Assembly: GCA_002633005.1 (NCBI GenBank)
Contig: NMRA01000206.1
Coordinates: 630,971 to 694,970 of the forward strand
Reading direction: 5' to 3'
Source of the DNA: Phoronis australis
Lineage: Eukaryota; Animalia; Phoronida
Length of the DNA: 64,000 nucleotides
Shown: positions 1-14,171 of the stretch, piece by piece
Layout: every line of letters starts with the position of its first letter
How positions within the stretch are numbered: the first letter of the stretch is position 1
The notes under the pieces: generated by a model
What the model saw: the letters and a program-made list of their open reading frames with translations, nothing else
Told to the model about the DNA's origin: nothing
Database searches by the model: none
Made by a program: the position numbers and the translations under genes

Positions 1-122
1 GCTATCCTCCCTTTGAGTATTTTCCTCGTGGCCAAATTTGACGAAAACCCGTCAAAAAGTGGAATACATTTGCAGAGCCTTTTCCACAAAAAACATTGTA
101 TCCATGCTGAATATCCAGCCAT
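1..122 (-). CDS. Possible first coding exon running off the window (MAGYSAWIQCFLWKRLCKCIPLFDGFSSNLATRKILKGRI...)
   Basis: Acceptor-like ttttag at 203-208 (minus), Kozak-like gtcATGG at 122, frame open to the window edge. No homology recognised. Confidence 0.25.
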   Translation of the reverse strand, partial: MAGYSAWIQCFLWKRLCKCIPLFDGFSSNLATRKILKGRI

Positions 123-3100
123 GACTGACTAGCAGTTTTCGTTGACTTTCCTACAGTAGAACGTAAAGTTGGTACAGGGTCCGAGTTTGGCAAATATGGT
201 GTCTAAAATTCAAGTTAAACTGAGTAATTGGAATGATATACATGGAAACTAATCATGATCTTTGACCGAGTTGCAGACTACTTTCTTTGGTAATAATTGT
301 GGAAATGTTGAAAGTTGACCAACTCCTGTGTTTCTCCATTCTAGATTAGTTTTGGATTACTTGGAATAGAAACGAGGGACAATTTTACGAGTTTCCACAA
401 AGTTTTGAACTTTTTACAACAAAAATGTCTACATTTAATCGACAAAATAAACTTTGACACAAGTAGACGGTCTCGCGATTACGGCTAACGTACATGTACA
501 TTCAGAATGCAACGAATGCTGCACGGCTGAACGTTACAGTGGTAAACATCCTACTACATTCTGAAGAATTTTAAAATTCCACACTCCGCTGATGGTGGCC
601 TGGTATGCATATAGCGATCACGATGCACAAGTCATGGTTGAGCAAGTGACACCGGTCACAGGAATGGCTAAGGTACAAGGGACCGGGGAAATGGTTATCG
701 AAAACTAGAGGGGCGGAAACTGAAATGTAGCCGACATCGACGATTGATCGGGTTACTCATTGCTTTTAATTGGTGAAATTTCTTAACCATTCAATATAAA
801 GCCTTGTTTTCATGTTCAGATTCACCCAGCTTTCGATCATCATGTTGGTATTATCTTTAAAGTCAGCCGGCTAAAATCAGCAATTTTACGTTTGATTGCA
901 AAATCATGTTAGAACCAAACAACCGTACTCAAATCACTAATAGTGACCCTACCTTGAAACTTGGGGGTTAGCAACCTGAAATGTGCATCTTTACCATGGT
1001 AACCAGGTATTTTCCACTCAAAATTTGCAATTTCATGATTGAGAACGAATTCGCTCCGTGTCAGAAGCAAGCAACACTGCCCAAAGTGCAAAGAATCTTT
1101 GTTGAAACATGCATCGTCAACATGGTTACCTGCTATTTTCGCGGTCAAAATCACCACTTTTAGGCTTGGTGACAGCTATGTTAGAAGCAAGCAACCATGC
1201 TCAAATAATTTTAGTGAAATGTAGGGGAGTTGATAAGCTTGAATGTCTACCGTTGCCATGGTGAACTAAAACTGTATAATAAGTTTCACAAGCCACATGC
1301 CAATGAATTTTTGAAAATTTTAAGCTACCTATAGCCAACGCTGTTAGTTCTATCAAAGATGTACCATAACCAGTGTTGCATTTTTGAAAATCCAAAATGG
1401 TTACCAAGGCAACTCTCGGGTACACAAACATGGAAATAGTCTTTTCAACACATAAAGGTGCATAGAACAGAGGAAATAATTTACATAAACAAACAAAATC
1501 AATGACATAATTATTTGGGTAAGTTTTTGCGCAAAGGTTTCCAAGATATTTTTTATCATATAATTAAAATAAGTCCGTGTTTTCATATGTGTTACAATTA
1601 CAGATGACATTTGCTGCAACAAAATTTGCTGGGCCCACTTCAGGCTGGATAGCAACAATGACGTCACATTAACACACGCCACGCTGCAATGACGTCACGC
1701 TAAAATCAAACTAATCCAACCTATAAGTCTCGAAGTTTACGCAGCCCGGCCCAAGTGTGGTCTTGGTTTTGTTTTATTGCACATTGGGTTTAATTTAGTA
1801 CGTAACATCAGTCAATTTTCTATGTATCTGTTAAAATGCAGAAACAGTTATATAGCCCAAATTTAAAATGGTTAACATTTCATTGAAGAAAATGTATGGA
1901 ACAATTTGGAGGGAAAGGCTTTTCCTATCTTCCCACAATATTCATGTTGCCAACTGGTGTTTCTAAACCCCATTTACATTGTTTCGAAGAATGATTAGGT
2001 GATTAATTTTTAATATATTTATGTATTCATAAAATGTAATAAACATCATACCATGACATTTCGATTTTTCTTTGTTTTTGGGTGGGTTTTGACAATTGGG
2101 CTGCATGTGATGAGAATGTGACGTCACTTTCAGTTTACAAGATGGATGTCCACAAGTGCTTCTAATGTAAATCAGTTACATGGCTCACAAATTCCAAAGT
2201 AGTCGATTGCAATGGATCAACAAGTACAATGTATAGTTCTGCTGATATGACTCTTGTTGTCTGTCATATCAATAACTTCGAACTTGTCAGTGCATACCAT
2301 AAATTCCCATCAATAAAGCCATGCCTTCCTTTAAACAGCCTATTGCCTTGTATTTTGGATAGGTGTATTTTTTCAATTTTCCTACAAAATGCATTATGTA
2401 GGCTGTAATGCCATGGCCTTAAATGGTCAAAAATATGGGCTTTTTAGTAGGCTTAAAGATGTATTTTCACGCTCCTAACTATGCTAATATATACATGTAG
2501 CAGGAACTAAACGACAATGCCATTTGAACATCTACGCTAAACAAAGTGCAGTTGTACTCATCGACATATTGTAAATCGGTGAAAACAAAACATTTAGCAA
2601 ATAAGTGACCTTTGTACTACCTTGGGGCTCACATTGCTCGCATCATGCAGTGTTATCCCCCAACACCACGTTACGATACTTGCTGGACACGGTTGAGTGA
2701 TTTACGGCGGATCATTTTTGACACAAAATTCGTTCTCAGAAACATTTGGCAATTTTCAACCTACTTCATAATTATTCACATTGTCGTTATTAGTTGTGTT
2801 TCTAATTAATTTGGTCAAGCGATCACAGAGATAAGGAATTAGCCTGCAAGCCAGTGGTTCCACTGTAAGTCTTCACAGTCTTCCTACCTCTGTTTCAAAA
2901 GGATAGACTTTTACTCTATTGTTTTTCCGACTAATTTTAGTCTCTTGTATTACGAAAGCACAAACCTTTTTCCAAGTCATTACAACTACTTGAGCCGAGG
3001 TGTCCTCAGCCAATTTTTAGCATGGTAACAGTTGATTATTTGAGATACACGTGACTAAGTGACAACTTGTGATTGCAGCGAAATCAGAGGATACAAATTA

Positions 3101-3911
3101 ACTGGGAAATGCCAATCTGAATCGTACTGAATCATGCCAATCGAATGTGACAGTGACTAACTGCCTTAAAAGATAGCGAGCTTCACTGACCACGCTCGTG
3201 AAATTTGAATAAATGTGGACACTGATCTATACTTAATTATACCGCAAAGTTGAACTACAGTGAGGGCTTAGACATGTGTAACAGAATTCGTTCGGAATTT
3301 ACTTACCAATCTTAAGTAATGACCAAATTAAACAAATAATCACATCAATCACAAGTGACATTTATGTATTTATACATAATGTTTATGTGATGTGTATGTG
3401 ACCATGCTTTTCATTCGCTATTGTAAACCAGAACAGCCGGACATTAACCATTGAGAGAGGTTCTTGATTAATGACCCTAAATGACCTACATAGTTACATC
3501 ATTATCATAAGGCAAGTCCAAAATAATCCCAGTTTAAGGCATTAATAACTTCGTTAATTTTCAATTTTGAGCTTGGCAACCTCCCAAATAACGACAAGCG
3601 ATAGTTTCAGGTGACCGTGTTATTTTTTGTTCGCTTCTAACAAACGTTTTCCATTAAATTTTTATTTAGAGGACTTTTCAAGGTTTGGCCGTATTGCTTT
3701 TATTCTTGTACAACGTTGTTTTTTCGTCTTTTCTTTATTGACTCAAGTGGCAGCCATAGGAGGCGCTTTAGTGCTGACACATATGGTTCAGCACTACTCA
3801 GTAGCCAAATTACAAGCGGTGCTGTTGTCCAAAGGTGATGGAAGAAAAAGTATACGCACTCGCTCAGTGTGGTTAACAATTCTTTCTCATTTTTACAAGT
3901 TCCGAAAAAAG

Positions 3912-4256
3912 ACTGATCTGCGATTATTATAAGAATTTGCAAGGACACGCCATTTTGGGGGTTTGTCGTACCCAGACAAAACTTGAAGGCAGCAAAAATT
4001 CGTTTCGATGTATCAATGTACAAAAGGGTTTAATTTGAATTTTATTATTCACCAACTCGGCTCCGCCAACTTTAAATGGGTGTCTATAGAAATCTGATCC
4101 GCGATTATTGTTAAAGCTTATAAAGATATCCCTTCTTCGGGGATATTTGTATCCGGACTAAAAATCCTGACTCGTTTCGATTTAAGACGTACAAAAACAA
4201 GTTTAATTTGAATATTACCCGTCTTATTCGCCAAACTCGATCCCCGCAACTTTAAC
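3912..4256. repeat. Diverged tandem duplication, unit ~180 bp
   Basis: ctgat(c/t)(t/c)gcgattatt, tcgtttcgat, gtttaatttgaat and caactttaa each occur twice in the same order. Confidence 0.65.
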
Positions 4257-5524
4257 GAAAATAATATAACCGCCACATGGATAATCAGCTAAAAGTGTTT
4301 TATTGGGACAAAGCTCGCGAGTTGAAGACCTGTCAGCTGATGAATTAAGCGTGGCAAAATGGACACTTCCGGCACTTCCGTCCAACACTCGTAGAATGCC
4401 GTATCAAGATGGAGTACTTCCAATCCGTCAAACTCTGTCTCAGAAACTACGGCTGTTAATTTTCTCGCCCTTTATATAGCTTAATTGATTTAATCCAACT
4501 TACAAATCCAATGTCTCTCAAATTGCATGTTAAGTAGAACCAAATGTCACACGTCCTTAAGGTTCTTCAACTTTGTCGTCCTTATTGTCAATTAATTGTA
4601 AAACTTATGTGATGGCAATTCCAATTTCCATTAACGAATTTATATGACATATGGGCAGCGACACAATCATGAACGGTCGAGAACCAGTATTAAACACGGT
4701 TATGGTTATTTATCCTGTAATCTGCTAAACAGTTTCAAAGAAAGAAATACAGTTTGCAATGGCTGCTGTGACAAAATTTCCGGAGGGCTCGGATGTGACG
4801 CAAACACTTTTTAGGACCCACGGTCTAATCTTTTTACACCAGATCGAAAATACTATTTTATATTTTTCCGTTCAAGATATTTCATGTTATTTTGTGCTCC
4901 AGTATGTTATGGTTTCCACAGATGACTGGCGCATCTAAAATTCTAGCTACAAATCTCGAATAGGAACTAGAGATTTCGAGTAAAATCTCAAGATTTTGAG
5001 TTCACAAACGATCTTATAGCTTTAATGCTGGGTGAGGTGCAAAGTAGGATAACCCAATCAAGCATGTAAATCATACTGTAAAAGAACACTGAGTTATAGA
5101 CAACTGTTTTGAGTTCGTATTCAAGTAGAGCGGCCAGAAAATATCAAAAACGTTAGGGAGTTCGATTTCAAGTAAAAAATAGATTTCGGGTCCTGGAATG
5201 TCAGGACACTAACAGAGATAGCCTGAAACCAATTGCAGGCAGGCTAAGTTTGAAAATGCCAAGGCTCTGTTTCAAGACCAGTGACTTAAGTCTGAAATAA
5301 GGTCTTGTTCTCCACATAATACTTCTAAAAATGATTAAAATTAATTTTTAGTAAAGAGGAAATTGTACCTAAGAATATACGTATTACTGCTACTCACTGA
5401 AACATTTTGTAGAAATTATTTCCAGGTAGTGATGTACTAGTTATTATACCACAATAGTAGCCTCGAATGGCAAATACAACCGTGTAATAACCCATTTAGT
5501 TATCTCACTAGTTAGATAACCTTT

Positions 5525-5595
5525 TGGCGGGAACCGATGCCGGTTTCGAACTCGGGCAACAAGAGTTTAGAGTCGTCGAATTTACCACTGCACCT
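5525..5595 (-). repeat. tRNA-derived SINE-head-like sequence; a similar one on + at ~38988-39050
   Basis: ggtgcagtggtaaa (A box) ... gagttcgaaacc (B box), without a complete cloverleaf. Confidence 0.45.
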
Positions 5596-6076
5596 CTAAG
5601 CGGCTGACGTCACCGAACGTGAAAATAGAATACTTAAATGAGCACGCGCAACAAGCGCATGTTCAGCAAAGGGCATTATACCGACATTTATACGCTATGA
5701 AAAATAAGACGCATTATTTCCATAAAAACGATATTTTAATTAAGTGAAATTTTTCTCTCATGTTCTCTCACTTGAAAATCACCGATCTCCACCTTGAATC
5801 CGGATATCGTGTCGTCAGGATCCTTTGGCGTGATAAAATGTGTAGTAAGCTACAGTAATTCTAAACCTTCATTTGTAGATTCATTCTATTTCTATTTCGT
5901 TTAAATTTCTAATTGGTTTTGAGTAAAAGCATTATTTGACAAAAATAGCTCGGCTTTTCTTAAAAGGTCACGACCTCCGACCCCGGGCATCTGACATATA
6001 AAGTAGTTACAAAGCCGAGGCGAGTCGAGAAAGGTAGATCGATTCATTGCAATGTTTCTCGTTCAGCATGTGGTAT

Positions 6077-6213
6077 AAATAGATTATTACATGTTTTCAG
6101 TCGTTATTCCCCTTATCTAGAGCCCTCGTGGATTTTGGAGAATTATTCTCCACAATCCACTCGGGCTCTGGAATACGGGGGATAACGACTTCGCCATGTA
6201 ATAATCTATATTT
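6077..6213. mobile_element. Short palindromic MITE
   Basis: tagattattacatg...agagccctcgtggatt / aatccactcgggctct...catgtaataatcta. Confidence 0.7.
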
Positions 6214-9200
6214 ACGTAACAAATGGTAACTAAACCTTTATTTGTTATTTGTGAAGTGGGAGCCTAAGACCAAACGTCTGACGTAAGTCTTACGTCACTT
6301 TTTACGTCACTCAAGTATTACGTCTGACGTAAGTATTACGTCACTTTTTACGAAACAAGTTTGCTACTATACATGACGTACATATAAACATATTTACCTG
6401 CAGTATCTCACTACTTTTAGATAGCTCAGTACCATATATTATTCCTTTAATTGTCATATCCGATTCTACTGGAGATAATTGTACGTGGACCGTTTTGAAG
6501 CAGCTTTAGTAAACTGATTTATATCATGCGAATACTGCTTAAGGTGGAACTTGCTTTTTAATTCCTTGTGTCTGTGATTACACCACAAAATTCTTATTTA
6601 TTGAATTAAAGACTACCAGTAACTTTAATTTCTCAGAAAGAATAATTTTGGCTAACTTCCCACCTTGTTTCAAAAATCTGGTCAATTTTAAGATCCCCTT
6701 AGAAAAATTATACATATTTGTTGCGAAACAGCCCGCGAACATCATGGTAGATTTCGATGTTTTGTTTATGTTCGTGTCGGCAAAAACAACATGACGGTCT
6801 GTTGATGCTCACGCGGATGGGAAGCCTATAACGTGAGTGATGCGAGGTCAGCGAGGTCATGTTTTTGAAAACACTGATTGTTTATGTTCCATAAGCTCAA
6901 GACAAGTTCATTATTTCGATATTTGAACGTACTAGTCAAGGGGTCTAATCTTTGCACTTGAAATCGAAATCGATAGTACTTTTGTCATTTTCTGTCTTAC
7001 TTTCGTGCGGACTCGAGATACGTGTCTACTATTAATCTGTGCTCGAGTGCATCATGAGTTATGCATACGAAATTCTAGTCCAAGTTCGCACTTGATGAAC
7101 CCTAGATTCGAGCGACAATAAGGTTGAGTAAAAAACAGGAGATTTCGACTTAAGACTCGGACGCTTAGCCTAATGCTGGAGTCATCTTGTAATAGGATTA
7201 GACCGTTATTCACGTAAGCTGATAGGTACTCGAGCGGAGAATATTAGTCACGTATCTTGAGTTCGCACAAAAATAGAAAATGACAAACATAATTTCGAGC
7301 TCGATTTCGAACAAAAAGATTATTAAACCCCGAGACAGGTCAAACGAAGAAAAAAAAATATGCAGAAAATAAGAAGATAGGGATTAGTATCGGTAGTCTT
7401 AAAAATTCAGTAAACGAAACTATACTGGACGGAAAGTTTGGATCCAACAAAATTTAACCCCTTGTGTAGAACTGAGTTTTAAATGGATACCTTTGCAGCG
7501 TTACTAATTCACCCCTTTTGCACAGATCTTGGAAAAGACACATTTGGTAGATAACATGGAACGTGAACTATACCTTTGTCAGCGGCCTCCTACTTTAAGT
7601 GGTAGCAAATCCGGTTTTGGCCTAAAACGATTTCCCCATTTAATTATCTAAAACAAAATAATGTCATCCTTCGACAACCTTCAAATGTTTGAAATAGTAT
7701 TTGAAAACCCCTTACAAAGTCTATTAAACAGGCAAACGTGACCTAGGTTTTATGCGAGTTACACAACAACTGTGTAGGGAAAGAACACACACAAAGAACC
7801 ATAACATACAATGTGTGACACAGGGAGCATGTTTTACTCTAGTTGAATCCTGTTTTAACCAATCAAATGAAACGTCAATGGTGCATATAAGCACGTGACA
7901 GAACGGCGCACGATTGGTTGAAATCACCAAAGCAGGGACGCACCATCGCCGAGATATACGTGGATATGTCACTGTCAGAACGAAAACAGGCAAGGTTCCA
8001 TCTTTATGTTATCTAAGACAACATAAGCGCAAAGGGTGCATTTTTGCCTGAAATACAGAGACAAGCCGTCCAGAAAACCTGCGGCCGCCCAGCATCATTG
8101 TTTTGGTGACGACCTCGAGTTGGAGTAAAGGTTGTCGGCAACTCTGCGATGAGGGAAAACATCCCAAATCTCCAACAACACGGAATACGAACCACCGGAC
8201 AATCTAATCCTTTGCAAATGTTATGCAAACTATTCTATAACATGTCACAGCTAGGTCTTCATAAGTACGACACAGAAGTCTTAATAGAAAAATCCGCTTT
8301 TGTCAGTCTGCTTATTAATAATAATGTACACGTTGGGAGGATGTCAAGTTTGTGTTCTCATTGACACGTAGATATTTATGTATCATCCAATTTATATTAA
8401 CTATGGTACGATGGTATGATTGATGTGTCTGTTTCACGTTAAATCTCCCAGCGGTCGTCTTCCTTGGCGTGAAAGCCAGTCTGTGCTTTTTGGTTGCCCT
8501 GGCGAGTCATGTAGCAAATAGATCAAAATGTCATAAGTGCCTATCGGTCAACAAAACAAGATCACGAGGAGACGGTTTTTCAATGCAGCAACGAACATTG
8601 GTTGGTTTTCTAATGATGTCCCCTGTGCAGCATTGGTAGTCGACCGGCTATCTATTGCCGAGAGCCGGTGATAACTTGAGTGAAAATATAATTGAAACGC
8701 AATAAGTCGGACATAGCCTGTCAATAAATTTTGCCCTTTTAAAGTTCTTTGGACTGCTAGTCGTGCAATTAAGTAACATTCAATCCTATCACCAGCCCAG
8801 TTTACAGTCGTCCTTTCATAGACACGTTTTCTTATGGTCAAGGTCACCAAAATGAACGGGAGATAATTGCAGTTTTGACAGGGTACTTGTGTCCAATCCA
8901 TTATTCATAGGTAACTGTTTCCGTGCATATTGTTTAATGGATTTCATGTTATCATTCAAAAATTAAAAAGATTGAACAGCCCCAGTAAAGGGCCCAGGCT
9001 TGTATAACATATTCATAGCCGTTGCACAGAGCTGCCTGCATGTGTCTTTAACCTTCGCGGCCCACACGGGCGTTGTCCTGAACAGCGTGGTGTTCCCGAA
9101 AACGCAATTCTTTTCTTACGAGCTGTAGTTATTTTTTCATCAACAGTAACTCAGTTCTGACTAACGCACTTATTTTATCATTCAGCGCATTTCGTTTCTC

Positions 9201-9709
9201 ATGAATGGCGTTCTTTTCTCCGAAACACATTTATCATTTCGTAGAACTTCTATAATTCCGGGTTGACTTACACCTCGAGTCGAGGGCGTCGCATTATTCG
9301 TAAACAAACCTGTAACCGAGGCAAAAGAAATTTAGAAAGACTGACAGTTGTTCAAGTATTCTAGAAAATACAGCAGCGAATCGTTTTATAGCGGTTGCAA
9401 ACCCCGCTTTGGTTACAAAAAAAAAATTATTTATACAACTCAGCGAGGGCGTTGGCAGCACTAGACGGTAATTGATATTCGGAAACTGACGGTTGACTAA
9501 ACGAACAGTTTGGCTTGGATTTCCACCAGCATCGGTCAAAATTATTTATATGTTGTACAACACACAGTAGAAGACAAAAGCAATCATACAAAACACTATT
9601 TTTCCAAAAAAATTACTGGTAACTATTAGGGCGGCAAAATTCTACTTACGAACAATTACATATTGATGACTTAGCCACCTACTAAGTTTCCTCATTCTCT
9701 GTTATGTGG

Positions 9710-9776
9710 CATGGGCGGCGCAGCACTGAAACAAGTGGAGGCTATAGCCCAATCCTCCTATGGTGCGCCGCCCATG
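9710..9776. mobile_element. ~67-bp CATGGGCGG mini-MITE with 5-bp TSD; tandem dimer at ~56143-56290
   Basis: tgtgg|catgggcggcgca...tgcgccgcccatg|tgtgg; the dimer is flanked by gacac...gacac. Confidence 0.75.
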
Positions 9777-10347
9777 TGTGGGTAGACAACTCTGACGATG
9801 AATCGGGCTTCTGAACAGCCGTCATGACGGGGAACTTCCGGGACATTTTGTCCGAATACTTTTGGCTTGTACACCTTTTCAATGGGGCAACTTAAAAACC
9901 TTTATGTATCAACATCTACATACTAGTGACCTTATAGTCTTCCACGCCTCTCACCTAAAACTATGGATTAACGAATTATAAATTGTAAATTGTTAAAATG
10001 TTTAAACATGCGTTTGGGGTCAGCTCAGTTAGCTGTTAATGATGTTGAATTCTCAGCCGAGGGAAGTGGGATTTAAAAACTTCAGCAAACCATCCCATCC
10101 TTATTTGTTGTCGAAAGAGCCGGTAACTCAGTTTGCAGGAAATGCGCCCTGACGTCACGATCTTAGGGTTAGCAAACCCCAATAAACACTGTGTAAACCA
10201 TTTTAAGTCGCTGGTGACTTCGATGGTAACTTTAATCAAGTACCGTAACAGTAAGGAATATTATGATACTGATTTTACTGATAAGCTTAAGTGGCCTAAT
10301 TTATTGTCGTTTATTAGCAGCTCAACACTGAAGAAACACAGTTTTAA

Positions 10348-12665
10348 GGGACGGGGGGGGGGGGGGGGGGGNGAAACAATGTCAGTTGAAGATGCCTGTG
10401 TGTGGTGTTTATCGTTAAAAAAATACCAGAAGGAAGTTGGTTTAATGCGAAATTCGACCCTATGACCAACGTTAATGCTTTTCGGAATTCGCTAATTCTT
10501 GGCAAAATGCAAGAACGGCGTGTTCTGCCGGCCACGGGTATGGGGCGCCGCCAGTCGCAGTGAGTGGAGTACCAAGTTTGATACGATGTACACACTTTTC
10601 TACCAGAGGTCTAGCCAGATGTTCGACGGGGATATTTCATTGGTAATACATAGATATCTCGCAAAGTCTTGCATGAGCTCGCGTTTTTCAAGGTTCTCGC
10701 GTCTATGGATAGCGCAACTGCATTTTTATTATTTTTAAAAAAAGATAAACGAATCGCTTAAAAAATGATAATAATAATAATGATTGCGATGGTGTTAGTG
10801 ATTTGGTGATGATGAAGACGATGACCTTGAAGGGGATTTGATGAGGATTGATGTGATGGTGACAACTTGTTTATTGTCCAAAGTGTAATGGACGACGATT
10901 ACATAGTCCGAGTCTATAAGCGCAGTATGTTTACCAATATCTACCATGCAGTTACATTTGTATACTGAGTACTTGAGTAACTATGTGTTAGTATGTGGAC
11001 TAAGTCACTACTAATGACGGAAAACGGAACATTTTTCAGAATCCATTAATCGGAACCCTTTTAACTCAGTACGGCCAAGGCAAGGTAGCGGATCAAAACA
11101 CGGACGTTCTGTTTTGATGAACAACAGATGGCACTGACCGCTACCTGACGAAGATTTGCGTGCGGCCGAGGTGGCTTCGTCCCATTTGTGAGACATTTTA
11201 TTTTTAACAATATCAGACAAACATTTGGTTTCAGCCATGGAGACTCCGCCTCATTTATATATTTTTTTCATTTTTAGCGAGATCGTAGATCGATTCTACT
11301 GTCTTGCAATCGATTTCAATCGGTTCAATGATTTTCTTTAGCGACGATGTCAGTCGTCTGTTCGTAGCAGCACTCACCATTACAGTACACATTCCATAGT
11401 AGGAGCGCTCTAACAATACGACCTTCAAAAATTAGCCGCTCTTTTCATACTGAACCAGTAATGAAGAGTGTAATACCGAAACCTTTCTTCACGGCAGTAC
11501 GAACGATTCAATTTCCTCGTGGCAATCGCAATAAGGGCCAGCGCAGACGGAAAGATATGCTGCGAGCTCAGGTAGCTGCCTCAAGTGAGAGTTAGCTAAA
11601 TTAACAGCTCACGCCAAAGCGTGAAAATACAATCACAATGGGAGTCGTTCAAGAAGCAATGAGGCTGACCACGTGGGACTGGTAACTCTCATCGGTCAAA
11701 TAATCATTTCAAAACAAATATGCGAGTTCGCGGAGCCGAGAAACGACCTGCACTCGGTGCAATTTCACTTTTTCCACAAGGCGTGTTTCGTTAAACACGT
11801 GATTATAATATTAATTGCTTATCAACTTCAGTCAAGTCCCTCAAACCCTCTAGAAAGTCTTACACGTTCTCCGTCAGCCGACGCAACGCTGCAAAGCCGC
11901 TTGAACGCCATCGAGCTAAGTGGAATGACAGTCGACATGTAGCATATCAACACGCGAAATCTTGGGAAACCCTTTTCCGTCGAAGGCCGGGGAACAAAAT
12001 AGAATGAGCGCGAAATTAAGAGGTACTGAAAAAAATCAAGTGGAGTTAATCAACATTTATTATACATGTAGTTGTACAAAAAACGTGCTTTAGAGCAAGA
12101 GGTGTCGCCTTATTGGAAAACCACTGTTTTGGTTGGTATTTTGGGGTTGAACAATTTGTTTTGGTTCCTTAATACGGCGAGTTAGCGCCCCCAATACCAT
12201 GGACTGAATGAAGTGCGTATTCTTGCTCTATAAGAGCTGAAACACTGGACAAGGAGGAAGATCTTGACTTCCGGTTGGTTAGAACAAAGAATTATTCAGA
12301 CAATACCATTCTTTGAAAGGTAACATTCGGACATTTCTATTGGTTGGAAGTTGAGAAATATCTTTGCGGCTTCACGGCCTCAACAATAACAATGCACTAA
12401 ATGATGCATTCCACACAGTCCCTGACTCCCACACCCAAGATGACAAGGTATACAAATAAAACAATAGAACGATTCAGTCCCGGCGAGTTCCGGCAGACTG
12501 TTTGCCCGACCAAAGTCCCAACGAATGAATGCTGTCCTCACAGGGATGTTGCGCCATGATAGCGCCAGGATGTGGAAACAGTCCATGGGCGTGACCATAA
12601 ATCCCAAACCCAGGGCCCGGACCAGCAAACACCAAACCCACAGTTCAAATTTCATACCCGTGCCC
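10348..12665. mobile_element. Possible non-autonomous Kolobok-like element with a transposase N-terminal remnant
   Basis: ttaa|GGGACGGG ... CCCGTGCCC|ttaa termini. ORF 11011-11238 (-) has TSAARK...KGFRLMD, resembling the SASxRK...GxRxxD N-terminus of Kolobok/Mutator-like transposases. Boundaries tentative. Confidence 0.4.
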
Positions 12666-13037
12666 TTAATTTAGCTCCTCACATGCGCGGAATTTAGTCC
12701 AAAGTCAACAAATTCCTCCGCGGGACGAGACATCTGGAATTCAGCGAAGCGGCCTTGCAAGCCTTGCTCGTGCATAGTGCTACACGCCCTCCAGAGATGA
12801 CGCTTTGAAATTGCACAGCATGACTTCCGCCTGAAGTAAGTTCGCCGATTGTTTCAACACGACGGATTTACCTTAGCTTAAGTTATAACTAACGATTTAT
12901 TCCCATTTGAAAGTTACGTACTTCGATCTAATAGCACTGTTGCTAATGCTGTCAATTATTTTGTGTACCGACAATAAACAAATCTGCATCTGTTAGCTTG
13001 CGTGAGACTTGTGGAGAATTGTCTCGTCTGATACAAT

Positions 13038-14171
13038 AAACTTCGTTAAAGATACGACTAGTCTCTTTGTTAGCGAGCTTGATACCGAGACTGCTAGGTT
13101 CGTAATTTCGGAACAGTCTTCTTTCTTCTGGTGTGCAGGTATGAAGTAAAACACCGAGAGACATAACAAACAAACAAATAAAAACAGTAGCTATATTTCG
13201 TGACATGCAGTCACATCATCAGGCAATGAGTGGAATGAACATATACATAGCGAAATAAACAGTGAAATACACGTGACAGCGGGAAAAAAAGACATACAAG
13301 CGCAGAGAGTGTGAATGCAACACACGGTAGGAAGCCCGCAACCCTATCGAAACAGAGCCAGCGTGCGATACACACCTGTGAGCTGCTCATTCAACACAGG
13401 TTTTTCGTGACTAATCAAAAGCGATTCCAAAATCTTCAGCCGGAATATGTGATAGATTGAATGTAGTTATTTATAATCAGAATAAAAAAGTCACGTCACC
13501 TTGTTATGACAAACAACCCCAGTCGTGAAAGACTACGATCAGTGGCCAAATGTAATGTTGTTTACCAATTCACATGTCATACGAATGTCTTCGCCCTCAT
13601 TCTCGAGAATATCGTTACATTGTACACACGGTGTGCTCTCTCTCGCGACGACTGTCCAAGCACTTGCAGGGGGGGGGTCCATTTAATATCACTTTCTACA
13701 CCAACATGACCGAAAAATAACCAGGCAAGAAATAGCTGACAATACCATCATTCGCTATGTTGAAAATGACATATTTCGGCTAAAGATTTTGCAATCGCTA
13801 TTGATCGGTCACGAAAAACCTGTGTTGAATGACACCTCACAGGAGCGCATCGCACGCTGGCTCAGTTTCGAAAGGGTTGCGGGCTTCCTACCGTGAGTTG
13901 CATTCACACGCTCTGCTTGTATGTCCTTTTTCCCGCTGTCACGCGTATTTCACTGTTTATTTCGTTATGCATATGTTCATTCCATTCATTGCCTGATGAT
14001 GTGACATGCAGTCACGAAATATAGCTACTGTTTTTATTTGTTTGTTTGTTATGTCTCTCGGTGTTTTACTTCATGTCTGTACACCGGAAGAAAGAAGACT
14101 GTTCCAAAATTACCAACGTACCAGTATCAAGCTCGCTAACAAGAAGTCTAGTCGTTTCTTTAACGAAGTTT
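13038..14171. mobile_element. Foldback element with ~410-bp inverted arms (13038-13451 / 13768-14171)
   Basis: Arms are reverse complements (e.g. tcattcaacacaggtttttcgtga / tcacgaaaaacctgtgttgaatga), which produces the mirror ORFs 12952-13206(-) and 14006-14215(+). Confidence 0.85.

Noticed and set aside
905-1230. Spaced imperfect repeats (gttagaagcaagcaacc) resembling a CRISPR-like array
   Set aside because: Only 2-3 diverged units with homologous spacers in a eukaryotic context; this is an old tandem repeat.
12380-12655. Cys-rich ORF MKFELWVWCLLVRALG.. with a hydrophobic start
   Set aside because: It lies at the end of a putative TTAA transposon, with no splice or paralogue support.
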